DNA from: Cytophaga sp. FL35
GTDB taxonomy: Bacteria; Bacteroidota; Bacteroidia; Flavobacteriales; Flavobacteriaceae
Reading direction: 5' to 3'
DNA length: 64,000 nucleotides
NCBI RefSeq assembly: GCF_014349235.1
Contig: NZ_JACSOH010000004.1
Span: 69,307-133,306, forward strand
Numbering within the stretch: position 1 is the first letter of the stretch; every line of letters starts with the position of its first letter. Shown here piece by piece: positions 38,190 to 50,400 of this stretch. Made by a program: the position numbers and the translations under genes. The notes below the pieces were generated by a model. The model did no database searches. It was not told the DNA's origin and worked only from the letters and a program-made list of their open reading frames with translations.

Positions 38190-40754
38190 TTAATATAAAT
38201 TACTCTCTTTAAAATAAGACATTTCAAAGCCAAGATCCTGAGCAAAATAAGGCTGCTCTCCCAAATAGAGTTTTTCTTTGGCGGCGTAAAGCACCTCATC
38301 TTCTCCTCCGTAAAGATCCATGTACAGATAGTCCTTTTCCATCTTAAGGGAATAATATTTGATGTTTTTGGCATTGTAAGCTTTCTGCAAGAAAATAGTA
38401 CCACTTAACAGCTTGCCCCTATCCAAATTGGCCTTAGCTATTATGTTACCATCTAATCCATATTTAACCACCGAACCGTCTAAATAGCCATCTGTAAGTT
38501 GAAAGCTATATTTTAGTTTTTCGCTAGTTGGATAATACCATTCACATTTGGCTCTATTTGAATCCATAAAATTCTTTACCAATCGTCCTTGCTTTGACAC
38601 GGTTTCTTCTTTCACCAGAACACCATTCTTATACGTTTCTAAGCTGTTTCCTTTGTTATAATTGGTTTTTATACTCCTAACACCATCAAATGGCACACCG
38701 TTTTTGTACTCCATTTGGGCAATTTTCTCCCCATTATCATTGTAATAGGTAGCTATTCCATCTAATTTATCCTTCTTATAGATTTCTTGGGCAGTTAGCT
38801 CCCCGCTATAGGTGAATTTCTTGAACACCCCTTCCTTTAAGCCATTTATATAGCCCCCTTCTTCCAGTACATTTTTGTTATAGTCCAGTTTTTGATACAC
38901 TCCGGATTTCTTCCCTTCCTTAATTTCATAAAGCTCCCTAGTTGCCGTGTCATAATAGGTACCTGCCCATGGCTTCTGATCTTTGAACTCCACTTTGGCA
39001 ATCAAACTACCTTCGCGATCATAAAAGGAGGCACAACAGTTAATATCTATATCCTCAACCAAAACCGGGTCTATATTGCCGTAGGCAGAACTATAACCGT
39101 AATCATACTTTTTATAAGCCAGTTGTTGTCCGTTTTTTATGACTTCGTACTCGTTTACCCAATCGGAATCATTGAAGAATTTATATCTAGTTCCCTCCTT
39201 TTTTTCAAAATCGAAGCTTCCTAGTATCTTGCCCTTATTATCATAGAAAACCCCTTTTACTGGATTGTACTTTTTAAAATCGGTTTCACTTTGTTTTTCT
39301 CCATTGCTATAAAAAGTAACCTCCCTAACTTTGTTAAAACCATCTTCTTCATATTCTTCAATTCTTTTAAAGGTATGGGTAGTATCTTCGGTAATTTTTC
39401 TATTTCTCCATGAGGTTTTTCTAATTAAGTTACCTTCTTTATACTCCTCTATGCCATTGACTTTTGAAGTGTAGTAGTCAAAAGAAAACCTTTGACCACT
39501 GTCCGGTTTTGGGTAGGAACCCGCATTATTAAGAAGGAGCTCCCCTAATTGATTTCCATCAGTATCATAAAAAACCTCCCTTTCATTGGTTTTCTCAATT
39601 TGGGTTTTTTCCGTTTTAGGGTGATATACAATTTCCTTCATTAATACCCCTTCCTTAAAAGTTCGTTTTCCACCATTATAGAATTCTGTACCATTAAAAG
39701 GTGCATAATTCTTGTATTCCATTCGAGCCATCTCTTTCCCGCTCTCGTCATAACTAATTTGAAGGTTTTTGTACCCTTCGCTATAGCTCGTAAGGCTTTT
39801 TAGTTTTCCGTTGGAGTAGAAATTGCTTTCCTCATTAATTTTACCATCCGTGTAAACCGTCTTTCTTTGAATTTCATAATCACCGGCATAGTCATCCTTC
39901 ATCTGCCCATAACCAAATAAATAGCTTGTGCCATTTTGGGGGCGTTTACCATACCGATCAACCATATATTCCATGACCCCCATTTGCTTCCCATTTGGCG
40001 TAAAATAGGTATGTTGTAATTTGGGTTCCTTTTGAAATAAGGCCCGCACTTGTTCATTGGGGTAATAATCCGTTTGACCAAAAACCTGATTTCTGCTGTA
40101 ATATTTAATGGATTGTACCCGCATAGGGTTATAATAATAAAATACCTCTTCCCCTTTTATATCCCCTCTTGAATTTTTGGTTTTTCGGCCTATTAATTTT
40201 CCGTCCTTACCAAAGTAATTGGTATAGACTTCGTAGTTGCCAGGAGTACCCACACGTTCCAATCTAATACCGTTGATATCATCTTGATGTATTACTTCCC
40301 TAATGGTATCCCCCACCTTTTCCGAATACATCATTTGCCCTCCGTAAACGGTATTTCTCTTCCCCGAAATATAAACACCCCGCTCGTAGTGGGCGGTAAG
40401 TTTTTTACCATTTAAATAGGTGATAAAATCACCATGTAGATATCCTTGATCGTAGTTGCCTTGCTGATACATGGAACCATCTTCCTTATACCAAGTGACC
40501 GTACCTTGCCATTTTTCCTTGTTGGGCAATAAGGAATTACCAACCATTTGTTTGGTCCCGGAAATGTAGTAATCCTGAAATTGGTAAAGGTCTCCCTGTT
40601 TGGTAATCGGTAGCCTATAGAACAAAGCACTATCCTTTTCCTGAACAACTTTCCACTTACTGTTATAGTAGATAGTGTCATTTTGTGCGTTAAGGACATG
40701 AAGTCCGAAAATAAAGACTACAAGAAAAAGGGAATTTTTAAAAGTAAAAGACAT
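38190..40754 (-). CDS. large secreted MORN-variant (MORN_2 / YwqK-like) repeat protein
   Basis: Signal peptide from the ATG at 40754 (MSFTFKNSLFLVVFIFGLHVLNAQ). More than 20 degenerate G.Y..Y..NGK repeats. Confidence 0.7.
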   Translation of the reverse strand: MSFTFKNSLFLVVFIFGLHVLNAQNDTIYYNSKWKVVQEKDSALFYRLPITKQGDLYQFQDYYISGTKQMVGNSLLPNKEKWQGTVTWYKEDGSMYQQGNYDQGYLHGDFITYLNGKKLTAHYERGVYISGKRNTVYGGQMMYSEKVGDTIREVIHQDDINGIRLERVGTPGNYEVYTNYFGKDGKLIGRKTKNSRGDIKGEEVFYYYNPMRVQSIKYYSRNQVFGQTDYYPNEQVRALFQKEPKLQHTYFTPNGKQMGVMEYMVDRYGKRPQNGTSYLFGYGQMKDDYAGDYEIQRKTVYTDGKINEESNFYSNGKLKSLTSYSEGYKNLQISYDESGKEMARMEYKNYAPFNGTEFYNGGKRTFKEGVLMKEIVYHPKTEKTQIEKTNEREVFYDTDGNQLGELLLNNAGSYPKPDSGQRFSFDYYTSKVNGIEEYKEGNLIRKTSWRNRKITEDTTHTFKRIEEYEEDGFNKVREVTFYSNGEKQSETDFKKYNPVKGVFYDNKGKILGSFDFEKKEGTRYKFFNDSDWVNEYEVIKNGQQLAYKKYDYGYSSAYGNIDPVLVEDIDINCCASFYDREGSLIAKVEFKDQKPWAGTYYDTATRELYEIKEGKKSGVYQKLDYNKNVLEEGGYINGLKEGVFKKFTYSGELTAQEIYKKDKLDGIATYYNDNGEKIAQMEYKNGVPFDGVRSIKTNYNKGNSLETYKNGVLVKEETVSKQGRLVKNFMDSNRAKCEWYYPTSEKLKYSFQLTDGYLDGSVVKYGLDGNIIAKANLDRGKLLSGTIFLQKAYNAKNIKYYSLKMEKDYLYMDLYGGEDEVLYAAKEKLYLGEQPYFAQDLGFEMSYFKESNLY

Positions 40755-40994
40755 GATTAAAAGCTTAAAATAATACGGGGACAAATTTAGGGGGTGCCCA
40801 TTTTTAATTACTCCCTTTTTTCAGGGGTTTTTCATTAAACCAAAATAGTATTGCTTTTATTGCCTAAATGAAAAAGGATAAAAATATTGCCGGCTATTGA
40901 AAAAAACCTCTTACTCCTTTGTTTTAGCCTTTTCAGTAATTTAAGGAAAGGCATCCAAGTGCCAAAAGTAATTATTAAGCAAAATGGCGAGTAA

Positions 40995-41579
40995 TCAATT
41001 TGTGGGGTTTATCACGGTAAACTCCCATAGGGCATCGTCTTCATTGGTAAATAAGTGCTCTACACCAATAGAGACCGTTTCGTCATAATAAAAATCATTC
41101 CCACTAAAAAAAGTAACCCCTTGAAGGTTCAACCTAAATCGACCACTTTCTGATAAAACAATACCCATGCGCGATTCATAGACATCTTTCTCTTCGTTTA
41201 GGGTTAAGGCAATCGCATTAGCCTGGTAACCTGTATCCAGTTTTTTGCCTAAAATAAACTGTGAATCGAGAAAAAGCCAGTTATAATCTTGTGAAAATTC
41301 AGAGTACTGCTCCATTTGAAAATTAAATCCAAACTCTTCAGAATCGGTACTTTCATAAACATCGAGCAATTCGGCATACCCCTCTTCTTCTAAATATCTG
41401 CTGAACCGTTGTTCAATAATCAAGGTATCACCTACCGTAAACTCATTGCTTTCAGGAAAAGTGAAGGCATCTTTTGTAGACACGTAAATGGTGGCGCCGT
41501 AATAACTATCGTCATTAGAATAACATCCGTTGAGCAGTACGGCCAAAACCATAAGTGCAATGTTTCTAAGAAAAACCAT
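40995..41579 (-). CDS. hypothetical lipoprotein
   Basis: Lipobox LLNGC. No recognisable domain. Confidence 0.4.
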   Translation of the reverse strand: MVFLRNIALMVLAVLLNGCYSNDDSYYGATIYVSTKDAFTFPESNEFTVGDTLIIEQRFSRYLEEEGYAELLDVYESTDSEEFGFNFQMEQYSEFSQDYNWLFLDSQFILGKKLDTGYQANAIALTLNEEKDVYESRMGIVLSESGRFRLNLQGVTFFSGNDFYYDETVSIGVEHLFTNEDDALWEFTVINPTN

Positions 41580-41590
41580 ATTCCTTTTCT

Positions 41591-42205
41591 TTAAAATCGA
41601 TAACCTACTTTAATTCCCGTTCTGACCAAAGCCCCGTTCAGGAAAATAAAATCCACATCAAAATTCGTACGAATACCAAATTGAGGTTCTAGAACCAATT
41701 TATCTTCCAAAAACAAAAACCGATAACCGTAACCGATACCTAACCCGCCAACGATGAAAGTTTTGGTGCCTATGGTATAAACCCCATAACCTTCTTCGTT
41801 TACATGCCTTATATACCTGCCTGATTCTTCAACCTCACTAAGAGAACCGAAAATCTCTAAAAAATGGCTCTTTTTTTGGGCGCCATTGAAGTACAACCTT
41901 ACGAAAGGGGCAACTTCGTACTTGGTCTCTTGATCATAGCTGTAGTCGTTGGTACTGAGGTTTTCAAATCCGTTACCATAAAGTGCTCCGCCTACACCCA
42001 CTGCCCATTTATTGGCTACGGCACGCTCATAGCTCAAATCTACACTACCAAAAAAAGGCAACAGCAAATTGGTTGATAATTGATTTTTATATTTTAACGG
42101 AGGAGCTTCCGTTTGGCAAATGCCGTTAAAAATCGATAAGGTGATGCATGCCAAAGTTAATATTCGTACCATGAAGCTAGATTGGACATAACTTAGATTC
42201 AGCAA
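41591..42205 (-). CDS. hypothetical outer-membrane beta-barrel-like protein
   Basis: Signal peptide. Gly/Tyr-rich alternating strands. C-terminal YRF. Confidence 0.4.
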   Translation of the reverse strand: MLNLSYVQSSFMVRILTLACITLSIFNGICQTEAPPLKYKNQLSTNLLLPFFGSVDLSYERAVANKWAVGVGGALYGNGFENLSTNDYSYDQETKYEVAPFVRLYFNGAQKKSHFLEIFGSLSEVEESGRYIRHVNEEGYGVYTIGTKTFIVGGLGIGYGYRFLFLEDKLVLEPQFGIRTNFDVDFIFLNGALVRTGIKVGYRF

Positions 42206-42265
42206 GCTACAAAAGGTTGCTTTTAAATACTATATTGGAGGTTAAATTAAACTTCTCTAAACCTT

Positions 42266-42817
42266 ATGGCAATAGACGCATTGACCGAAATTGAATTTAC
42301 CAGATGTAATACCGATAGTGAACTTCTGCAAATTCTGGACTTGCAGCGTAGGAACTTACCCGTTTCGCTTTCTGAAGATGAAAAATTGAAAGAAGGCTTT
42401 GTAACCGTCGTACACTCCTTTGAAATCTTAAAGGAGATGAGCGAAACCTGTGCCCATATCATTGCCAAATACGAAAATAGAGTAATCGCCTATGCATTAT
42501 GCATGCACCCTAAATTTGCAGACCGTATTGAAGTTCTAAAGCCCATGTTTGCCGAAATGGAAAATCTGGAACCCAAAATAGAGAACTATATGGCCATGGG
42601 TCAAATTTGTGTGGAAAAGGCCCACAGAAAAAAAGGCGTATTTAGAGAACTGTACAGAACCATGAAGGAATTTGTAATCCCTGAATTTTCTTCTATAATC
42701 ACCGAGGTAGATGCTGCCAATCAAAGGTCTATGGCTGCACATACCAATATTGGGTTTGAAGTTTTATCAGATTATATTGTAGATGATGTTCACTGGAACA
42801 TAATCCAACTGAAATAA
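42266..42817 (+). CDS. GNAT-family N-acetyltransferase
   Basis: Acetyl-CoA-binding motif region (ICVEKAHRKKGVFRELY). Confidence 0.7.
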   Translation: MAIDALTEIEFTRCNTDSELLQILDLQRRNLPVSLSEDEKLKEGFVTVVHSFEILKEMSETCAHIIAKYENRVIAYALCMHPKFADRIEVLKPMFAEMENLEPKIENYMAMGQICVEKAHRKKGVFRELYRTMKEFVIPEFSSIITEVDAANQRSMAAHTNIGFEVLSDYIVDDVHWNIIQLK

Positions 42818-42909
42818 GAATTACTACAATGTAAATCATACTGCGAATACAATACTTCCCTAAAAGTGAAGCACAACAACCCCAAGGATTATTTTGATAA
42901 ATAAACCAC

Positions 42910-44277
42910 TTGCTTAACTTTGGGAACATGAAGACAGCAGAAGACCATAAAAATGAAGAAGAAAGGCTTAAGCTTCTAGACTCCTATTCTATTTTAGATA
43001 CGTTGCCAGAGGAAGACTATGATAATTTGACCAAACTGGCCGCTGAAATCTGCCAAACCCCAATTTCCCTGATTACGCTGTTGGACGACCATAGGCAATG
43101 GTTCAAATCCCATCACGGTCTAAATATTAGGGAAACCCCAAAAGACCAAGCGTTTTGTGCCCATGCCATTCATACCCATGAAAAAATTTTTACGGTCAAG
43201 GATTCTCGGGAAGATGCGCGTTTTTTTGATAATCCGTTGGTGACGGGAGAGCCTAGAGTGGTATTTTATGCAGGCGTGCCGCTAAAAAATTCTTCAGGAC
43301 TACCTCTTGGCACCCTTTGTGTTATAGACCATCAGCCCCACGAGCTTAGCAAGAGCCAAAAGGAGGCTTTAAATATTTTGGCCGATCAGGTCATGAACTT
43401 ATTGGAACTCCGAAAAAACAAATTGGAGCTTGAGAACAAAAACCGCGATTTAAAAAACCTTTCCAATGAACTGGAAGTTAAGGTAGAACAGCGTACCCAA
43501 GAACTTGCCCTTCAAAACCGGGAACTGGAAAAAATGAATTCGGAACTCCAGTCCTTTGCCTACATTTCCAGTCACGATATGCAAGAACCCCTGCGTAAAA
43601 TACAAACTTTCGTTTCTCAAATACTGGCAACGGAGAGCGCCAACCTTTCTGAAAAAGGAATTTATCGCTTTAACCGAATGCAATTAGCGGCTAACCGTAT
43701 GCAGACCCTGATCCAAGATTTACTTTCGTATTCCAAAGCGGAGAAATCCAACCAAATATTTGAAGAAACTTCTTTTCAGGAAATCACTGAAGAGATAAAG
43801 GACAACCTTCTTGAAGAGCTTCAGCATAAAAAAGCAACTTTAACAATTGAGGGCAATTGCAGTGCAGAACTGATTCCTTCACAGTTTAAACAGTTATTTG
43901 CCAACCTTATCGTTAATTCCCTCAAATTCGCCAAAAAAAAGGTTCCTTCGGTAATTTCCATTGATATAGCTACTGTGGATCATACGCAAATCAAAGAATT
44001 TCCTCTAAGAAAAGATACGGAGTACTGTAGAATACTTTTTAAAGATAACGGGGTTGGTTTTGACCAAAAATATGCAGAACAAATTTTCAAGATATTTCAC
44101 AGACTACATAACCGTAAGGAATATGAAGGCACAGGCATTGGTCTGGCCATCGTGAAAAAGATTGTTCAAAACCACCAAGGCTATATAACGGCCAAGGGTC
44201 AGTTAGGCGAAGGGGTTACCTTTAAAATTGTGATTCCTAGATATCAGAAAACACAACTCGCCCCATCTACCCCATAA
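42910..44277 (+). CDS. GAF-domain sensor histidine kinase (GAF + HisKA + HATPase_c)
   Basis: H-box [17 protein letters not shown]-boxes ([20 protein letters not shown]). N-terminal GAF. Confidence 0.85.
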   Translation: MLNFGNMKTAEDHKNEEERLKLLDSYSILDTLPEEDYDNLTKLAAEICQTPISLITLLDDHRQWFKSHHGLNIRETPKDQAFCAHAIHTHEKIFTVKDSREDARFFDNPLVTGEPRVVFYAGVPLKNSSGLPLGTLCVIDHQPHELSKSQKEALNILADQVMNLLELRKNKLELENKNRDLKNLSNELEVKVEQRTQELALQNRELEKMNSELQSFAYISSHDMQEPLRKIQTFVSQILATESANLSEKGIYRFNRMQLAANRMQTLIQDLLSYSKAEKSNQIFEETSFQEITEEIKDNLLEELQHKKATLTIEGNCSAELIPSQFKQLFANLIVNSLKFAKKKVPSVISIDIATVDHTQIKEFPLRKDTEYCRILFKDNGVGFDQKYAEQIFKIFHRLHNRKEYEGTGIGLAIVKKIVQNHQGYITAKGQLGEGVTFKIVIPRYQKTQLAPSTP

Positions 44278-44540
44278 CTATATGAATCTCTTGTTGAAAA
44301 GAGTGGCTTGAGGCCAACTCTTGTAATCTTCAGTTATTTTATACGGATTTTACCCACAATTTTTTTTGCATTTATTTTCAATTAAAGAAATCCCTTTCAG
44401 CCCAACAAACTTCCTGTCTCAGGAATTTTCGGTATCAAGTTGTGGTACATTAAATTGAAAATCAAGGTGGTTCTTCATCGAAAAAATTATATTTTCCCGT
44501 CAGCATTAACTTATATTTAACATTAGATAATAACCATTTT

Positions 44541-47000
44541 TTGAGCCGGTTCCTAGTCCCTTTTCTTATGTTATGTACCTATGGCTTTTCCCAAAACATC
44601 AACTTTGACCAGTTGGGCAAGGAGAAATGGCTGCGCTATAATGGCGGTATTGCGGCCAATGGTGTGTATTATGATGGAACTGCCAATAGACAGGCTTTTA
44701 CCTATTATCTTACCGGCAGCCTCAATTTTAATGTGGCGGGCGTGTACAGCATACCGCTATCCTTTACCTACTCCAACCAAGAATTTAATTTTCCCAATCC
44801 GTTTAAGTTCAACAGGTTTAGTCTGCACCCATCCTATAAATGGGCCACTGCACATATTGGGGACGTAAGCATGACCTTTTCGCCCTATACCCTTTCCGGA
44901 CACCAATTTACAGGGGGCGGTTTTGATCTGAACCCGGAAGGAAAGCTTCAGATAAGTGCCATGTACGGTAGGTTTCTAAGGGCCACGGAATACAACGAGG
45001 AAGAACCTCAAGCATTAACGGCCTACCAAAGAATGGGATATGGCGTAAAGACCGCCTATGATTTTGATTTTATGAAACTGGGAGTGATTCTTTTTAAGGC
45101 CAATGATGAAGAAAATTCCCTAAAAGAACCCTTTCCCGTAGAATTGGGACTTGCCCCTAAGGACAATGCCGTTCTTTCCTTTGAGTCCATTTTCAAACTT
45201 TTTGACAAAGCTAGCATTCGTATGGAATATGCCATTTCCGGGGTTACGGAAGATACCCGTTTAACGGAAAACAGGCCTACGGCCGGGTTGCTTTCCTTTC
45301 TTTTGGAGGAAAACATCAGCACCCAATATTACAATGCCCTAAACGCCTCCTTGGATTACCCAGCCGGAAACGGTAGTTTGGGCGTGGGCTATGAACGTAT
45401 AGACCCGGATTACAAAACGCTTGGGGCCTATTATTTTAATAACGACCTGGAAAACGTTACGGTAAATGCGAGTCAGTCCATTTTTGAGAACAAGTTGAAC
45501 CTTAACGTGAATGCAGGTTTGCAGCGCGACAATCTTAACAATGCTAAATCTTCGGACCAGCAACGCGTGGTAAGTGCCATCAATGCCAATTACACGGCTT
45601 CGGAACGTTTGGGCATCAACGCTAGCTACTCCAATTTTCAGTCATACACCAATATCAGGGACCAATTTGATTATATCAACCAAGTGGGGGCGTATGACAA
45701 TGTAGACACCCTTAATTACCGGCAGATTTCCCAGAATGCCAATTTGGGCCTTAACTATATCCTTAAAAAGACCGAAACCAAACAGCACAGCACCAACCTC
45801 AACCTGGTATATCAAAACAGTACCAATCAGCAAGAGGGGGAGACCATTGAAGGCGGTGAAAATTCTTTTTATAACGGGGTAGCTTCCTATACATTGGGGT
45901 TTCCACAACAGGCACTAAATGTGTCCTTGGCCGGAAACGTTTCTTACAATACCGTAGCTGAAGACAACAACCTTATTCTTGGGCCTACTTTGGCCATTGG
46001 AAAACAATTTTTTGACAAAAAACTGCGGAGTAATTTTTCGAGTTCCTACAACAGTTCCTTTGCCAATGGCGAACAACAGAACAACGTGCTCAACTTTAGG
46101 CTGGGAAGCAATTACGCCCTGTACAAAAAACACAATCTGAACCTCAACTTTTTAATGTTGTTCAGAAACTCGGAGCTCAATACCGGTCGCGACCTAACCA
46201 TCACCTTTGGCTATAGCTATGCCTTTGATAATTTTAAGTTGGACATTGACCCGGGCAGCAGAACTCCCAACGAGCGTGACCCTAGAAATAAAGAAAACAC
46301 TTTAAGCTTCCGCTATAGAAACGTAACCTACAGCGGCACCATTCCCAATTTAAACGAGCAGCTTACCAGTGTATATACAAGTGCTCCGTTTAGGAATATT
46401 CCACTATTTAAAAAAGACGAACTTAAAATTCTATTGACGACGGTTAAAGAGCAAAAAAGAGAGGACAGGTACAAAGAAAGTGCACTTACCTTTTTGGCAG
46501 AGCTGTACGCCTTTGGCGATTTTGAAAAAGTGTACGAAGAAGCTTTATATAACGTTATTTCAAATATTCAAGACGATATGAAAAAAATTGATATGGCCTT
46601 GGAGAACCTGTTTGTAGCCAAGAAACTGGAAGTAGACGAGCACCCGTTGCATAATAAAACAGAGGAGAATTATTCCCAAAGAGATAAGGCTTTGGCTCCT
46701 CGATATCAGGCCTTAGTTGCAGAACAACAAACCCGATTGGAAAAATTGGTGGGCCATCGATGGATGGAAACCCAATTCGCAGAATTTACCAGTATGGAGG
46801 ACATTGAAAAGGGAACCGGATTTTTAAAAGAATTTAAAAAAGACTATGCATTAAAGTCTTTTGAAATGTTTGAGAAAACAGAAAATGTAAACCAACTGGA
46901 AACCTATTTGGAAAACGAAATCATTGATTTCTATTACAAAAAATCATTGAACTTGGTGAATCCGGAGTTTTTTGAGCTGAAGTATATTAATAGGAACTAG
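44541..47000 (+). CDS. large secreted protein of unknown function (beta-rich N-terminal half, helical C-terminal quarter)
   Basis: Signal peptide MSRFLVPFLMLCTYGFSQ. 819 aa. Confidence 0.5.
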   Translation: MSRFLVPFLMLCTYGFSQNINFDQLGKEKWLRYNGGIAANGVYYDGTANRQAFTYYLTGSLNFNVAGVYSIPLSFTYSNQEFNFPNPFKFNRFSLHPSYKWATAHIGDVSMTFSPYTLSGHQFTGGGFDLNPEGKLQISAMYGRFLRATEYNEEEPQALTAYQRMGYGVKTAYDFDFMKLGVILFKANDEENSLKEPFPVELGLAPKDNAVLSFESIFKLFDKASIRMEYAISGVTEDTRLTENRPTAGLLSFLLEENISTQYYNALNASLDYPAGNGSLGVGYERIDPDYKTLGAYYFNNDLENVTVNASQSIFENKLNLNVNAGLQRDNLNNAKSSDQQRVVSAINANYTASERLGINASYSNFQSYTNIRDQFDYINQVGAYDNVDTLNYRQISQNANLGLNYILKKTETKQHSTNLNLVYQNSTNQQEGETIEGGENSFYNGVASYTLGFPQQALNVSLAGNVSYNTVAEDNNLILGPTLAIGKQFFDKKLRSNFSSSYNSSFANGEQQNNVLNFRLGSNYALYKKHNLNLNFLMLFRNSELNTGRDLTITFGYSYAFDNFKLDIDPGSRTPNERDPRNKENTLSFRYRNVTYSGTIPNLNEQLTSVYTSAPFRNIPLFKKDELKILLTTVKEQKREDRYKESALTFLAELYAFGDFEKVYEEALYNVISNIQDDMKKIDMALENLFVAKKLEVDEHPLHNKTEENYSQRDKALAPRYQALVAEQQTRLEKLVGHRWMETQFAEFTSMEDIEKGTGFLKEFKKDYALKSFEMFEKTENVNQLETYLENEIIDFYYKKSLNLVNPEFFELKYINRN

Positions 47001-47123
47001 GGAGTTAGGAGTTAGGAAAATAAAAAAATGCATTTGGTAGAATTAAAATTTGAACTTTTAAAATTAGTCAGAAAAATGCGGCCCATATGGAATACTGCAT
47101 ACTGTCCACTGAAAAAGAATTGA

Positions 47124-47486
47124 ATGTATAACCAACTAACAGCATATAAAACGGCGTTTTCATTAGCTATGGAGGTCTTTGAAATGACAAAAGAATTTCC
47201 AAAAGAGGAGCGCTATTCCCTAACCGACCAGATTAGGAGAAGTTCCCGTTCCGTTTGTGCCAATATTGCTGAAGGTTACCGAAAAAGGAGGTATGTAAAA
47301 CATTTCGTTGCCAAACTTACAGACGCCGATATGGAAAATACAGAAACCCAAGTTTGGTTAAAGTTTTCATTGGAATGCCAGTACATAAAAGAAGAGACCA
47401 AAGTAGAACTGTACAACAAGACCGTAGAAGTAGGGAAATTGCTTGGTTATATGATCAATAATCCTAAAAAATTCTGCAGCAAATGA
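47124..47486 (+). CDS. four-helix-bundle protein (23S-rRNA-intervening-sequence protein family)
   Basis: 120 aa. AYKTAFSLAMEVFEMTKEFPKEERYSLTDQIRRSSRSVCANIAEGY signature of the TIGR02436-like family. Its stop overlaps the next ATG (ATGA). Confidence 0.8.
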   Translation: MYNQLTAYKTAFSLAMEVFEMTKEFPKEERYSLTDQIRRSSRSVCANIAEGYRKRRYVKHFVAKLTDADMENTETQVWLKFSLECQYIKEETKVELYNKTVEVGKLLGYMINNPKKFCSK

Positions 47487-50400
47487 TATTTAAAACCATA
47501 AAACATATCATCCAAACACTGCAAAACCGCATCCAGCAAACGGCAAAACTGAGCGCTGCTCACTGCCTACTGCAATCTGCAATCTGCCTACTATTTTTAA
47601 CTTTTAACTACACAATCGCCACCGCCCAATCTTTTCCCGTACAGGTAATTCCGCAAGTGACGCCACCGCCACCTATATATTTTTCGGAATACGCCAACGA
47701 GAGTACGGTTAACAGTCCGTTGCGGGTACAGTTGATCTTAAACGATTTTGAGATTGTCAATCGGGAAGTCCGCCTAAGAGTTTCCTTTGAGGGTAGTGGC
47801 ATCAGTTTTCAAAGTAAGGACCTGGTTACCGGCGCTTCGCCCCTATTTTTGGAAGGAGGCGTTCCCCTGGTACTTACCAACGTAGAGCTGGCACCCTATT
47901 TTAGATATGAAAACCTCAACGGTATTTCGGGTAATGTATATGGCAATGCCATCCCTGAAGGTGCCTATAACTTCTGTTTTGAGGTATTCGATGTGCTTAC
48001 TGGTAGTCGTCTGTCCCAAAAATCGTGTGCCATTAGTGTAGTCTTTCAGAACGAACCGCCTTTTTTGGTATCCCCCAGAAATAAGACCAATGTAGAAGAA
48101 ATCAATCCGCAGAACATTGTATTTCAGTGGACGCCCAGACACGTAAATGTTAGCAATGTAGAATACGAGCTTAGCATTGTGGAGATTTGGGACACGCAAG
48201 TGGACCCCCAACAGGCCTTTTTAAGCTCGCCTCCCGTTTTTCAGACCGTTACCAATGCCACTACCTATGTATACGGACCGGCAGATCCGCTCTTCCTATC
48301 CGGAAAAAATTATGCTTGGCGGGTACAGGCAAAGGCGAAACAAGGGTTGGAAGAGGTGGGCCTTTTTGAAAACCAAGGCTATAGCGAAATCTATTCCTTC
48401 AGTTATGCCGGCAGTTGTGATTTGCCCTTGGGCATTAACCATGAGGTTAAGGGGAGCACCAACGCCAATATATTTTGGGACGATTTCTCTACCGACGTAC
48501 CGGAATACACCCTGCGTTACCGACAAAAAAACGTGGAGGGGGCGGAGTGGTTTCCGGCCAAAACCACCAGTAATATTCTCACCCTTTGGAACTTAAAACC
48601 GGGCACCACTTACGAGTACCAACTCAGTAAAAAATGTAACACGGTGTACAGTGACTGGAGCTTGTTAAAGGAGTTTACTACCACCTTGGAGTTTGAGGAA
48701 GAAAGCGTTCTGGATTGTGGCATAGCCCCCAATATTAGCGTCACCAATAAAGACCCCCTACCAAATATGGCATCGGGTAGCATTTTTAAAGCGGGCGACT
48801 TTCCGGTAACGGTGATGGAAGTAAGCGGTAGCAATGGCCGTTTTACGGGTAAGGGCTTTGTAAAAATGCCCTACCTAGAGAATCTTAAGGTGTATGTAGA
48901 GTTTACCAATATTCTGGTAAATACAGATCAAGAAATGGCGGAAGGCTCTGTAAGAACCGCCTATGACCCAACTTGGCGAAATATACTGAATACGGCTGAT
49001 TTGGCCCAGCGGGCCGGGGAGTTTGTGGATGCCGTAGGAGATTTGGGAGAAAGCGTTGACGATATTCTTGAAGATGTATTTAACACAGACGACGAAGACG
49101 AAGAGAATGCCCCACCGGTAGATCCAGAAATGGAAGAAGGTGAAACAGTGCCCCCTTCTACCGAAACTTCTGGCGAGAATGAGACAGACACGAATACCTC
49201 GGACGCATCAAATGATGCTGACAACGAAGAGTCATCATCTGGTTCCACAAGCAACGATAGTAATGGCTCTACGCCGAACACAGGTGGTTCAACAGGTGAT
49301 AATTCTTCTGACAACCCTAATCCTGACACCAATGAAGAAGATGAGCAAGAGGTAGTAATAGTTTACAATGGTTCTGAATATAGAAATGGTGATATCTTGG
49401 AAATTAAATATTCCAACAACTCAAGTAAACATTTATTCACCTTAGCAAATCACGCCAAAGATTGTAAGATAGATTGGAGCACACATGCTGACATGAATGA
49501 ATTAGCAGCAACGTCCTTTGCGGGAAGTGGGCATCAAATAGAATTAAATTTAAATAATAAAGAGTATTTAACACTACAAGCAGAATATTGGACTCCTTCT
49601 GACAGTTATCCAGAAGGAGAATCACAGAAAATAAGAATTGTAATAAAAATTTTACGTGAGCAATTTGACTTAAAAGAATTATATGCAAAACATAGTAAAA
49701 GAAGAATTGCAAAATCTGGACAAACCTTATATTTACTTGACGACACTGGTCTTTCTGAAAGTTCCAAATTTAAAAAAGTTGAATTTGGGGTTAAAATTGA
49801 CCCTAAATTAAAAGAATCTGAAATACACGATTTAAATCTTGGTTGGTATTATGGTTCAAACAAGTCTGTCTCAAAAGATGAGGCTAGTTTAAATATCTCT
49901 AGAAATATTAGGCTTAAAGAGGGGTTTGATAATACTACTGTAAAAGCTGGATACCCTAAAGCTAAAGAAAAAGATATCAATGTTAAGTGGGAAGACCAAT
50001 ATGATGTCTCTACAGATTACTTAACCAAATTCTCAAAAATACTAACTTTTTTAGAACAGTTTAATAGAATTTCTTCAAAATTTAAATCCGTTTTACCCTG
50101 CGAGGCTAGTATTTTAAATGATTTTAACGCCCTCGTAGGTGCGAAAAAAATAGCTTTTAAGTTAAGAACCTATAATGAAGAAGACGATGAAAGTAGAGAA
50201 TTATATGACGTGTTACAAACTAACTTGAAACTACAATCCTCAAGTTTAGCCGATTTGCAATGTGGTAAGGATTTAGGTTATTTAGGCGTTTCATTAGGAA
50301 AGTTTTACGGTGGGATGAGTTTAGGCGCGAATATAAATTTTAGATATTCTTTAAAAACTAAAAATGAAACGTTAGAGCGGAAAACTGTTCCCGAAATATC

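Noticed and set aside
44278-44330. Terminator hairpin after the GAF sensor kinase (agagtggcttgaggccaactct)
   Set aside because: The stem has an internal mismatch and no T-run. Not convincing.
47001-47017. Direct repeat ggagttaggagttagga upstream of the four-helix-bundle gene
   Set aside because: Only two 7-nt copies. Likely chance or part of an RBS or promoter region. No larger structure.
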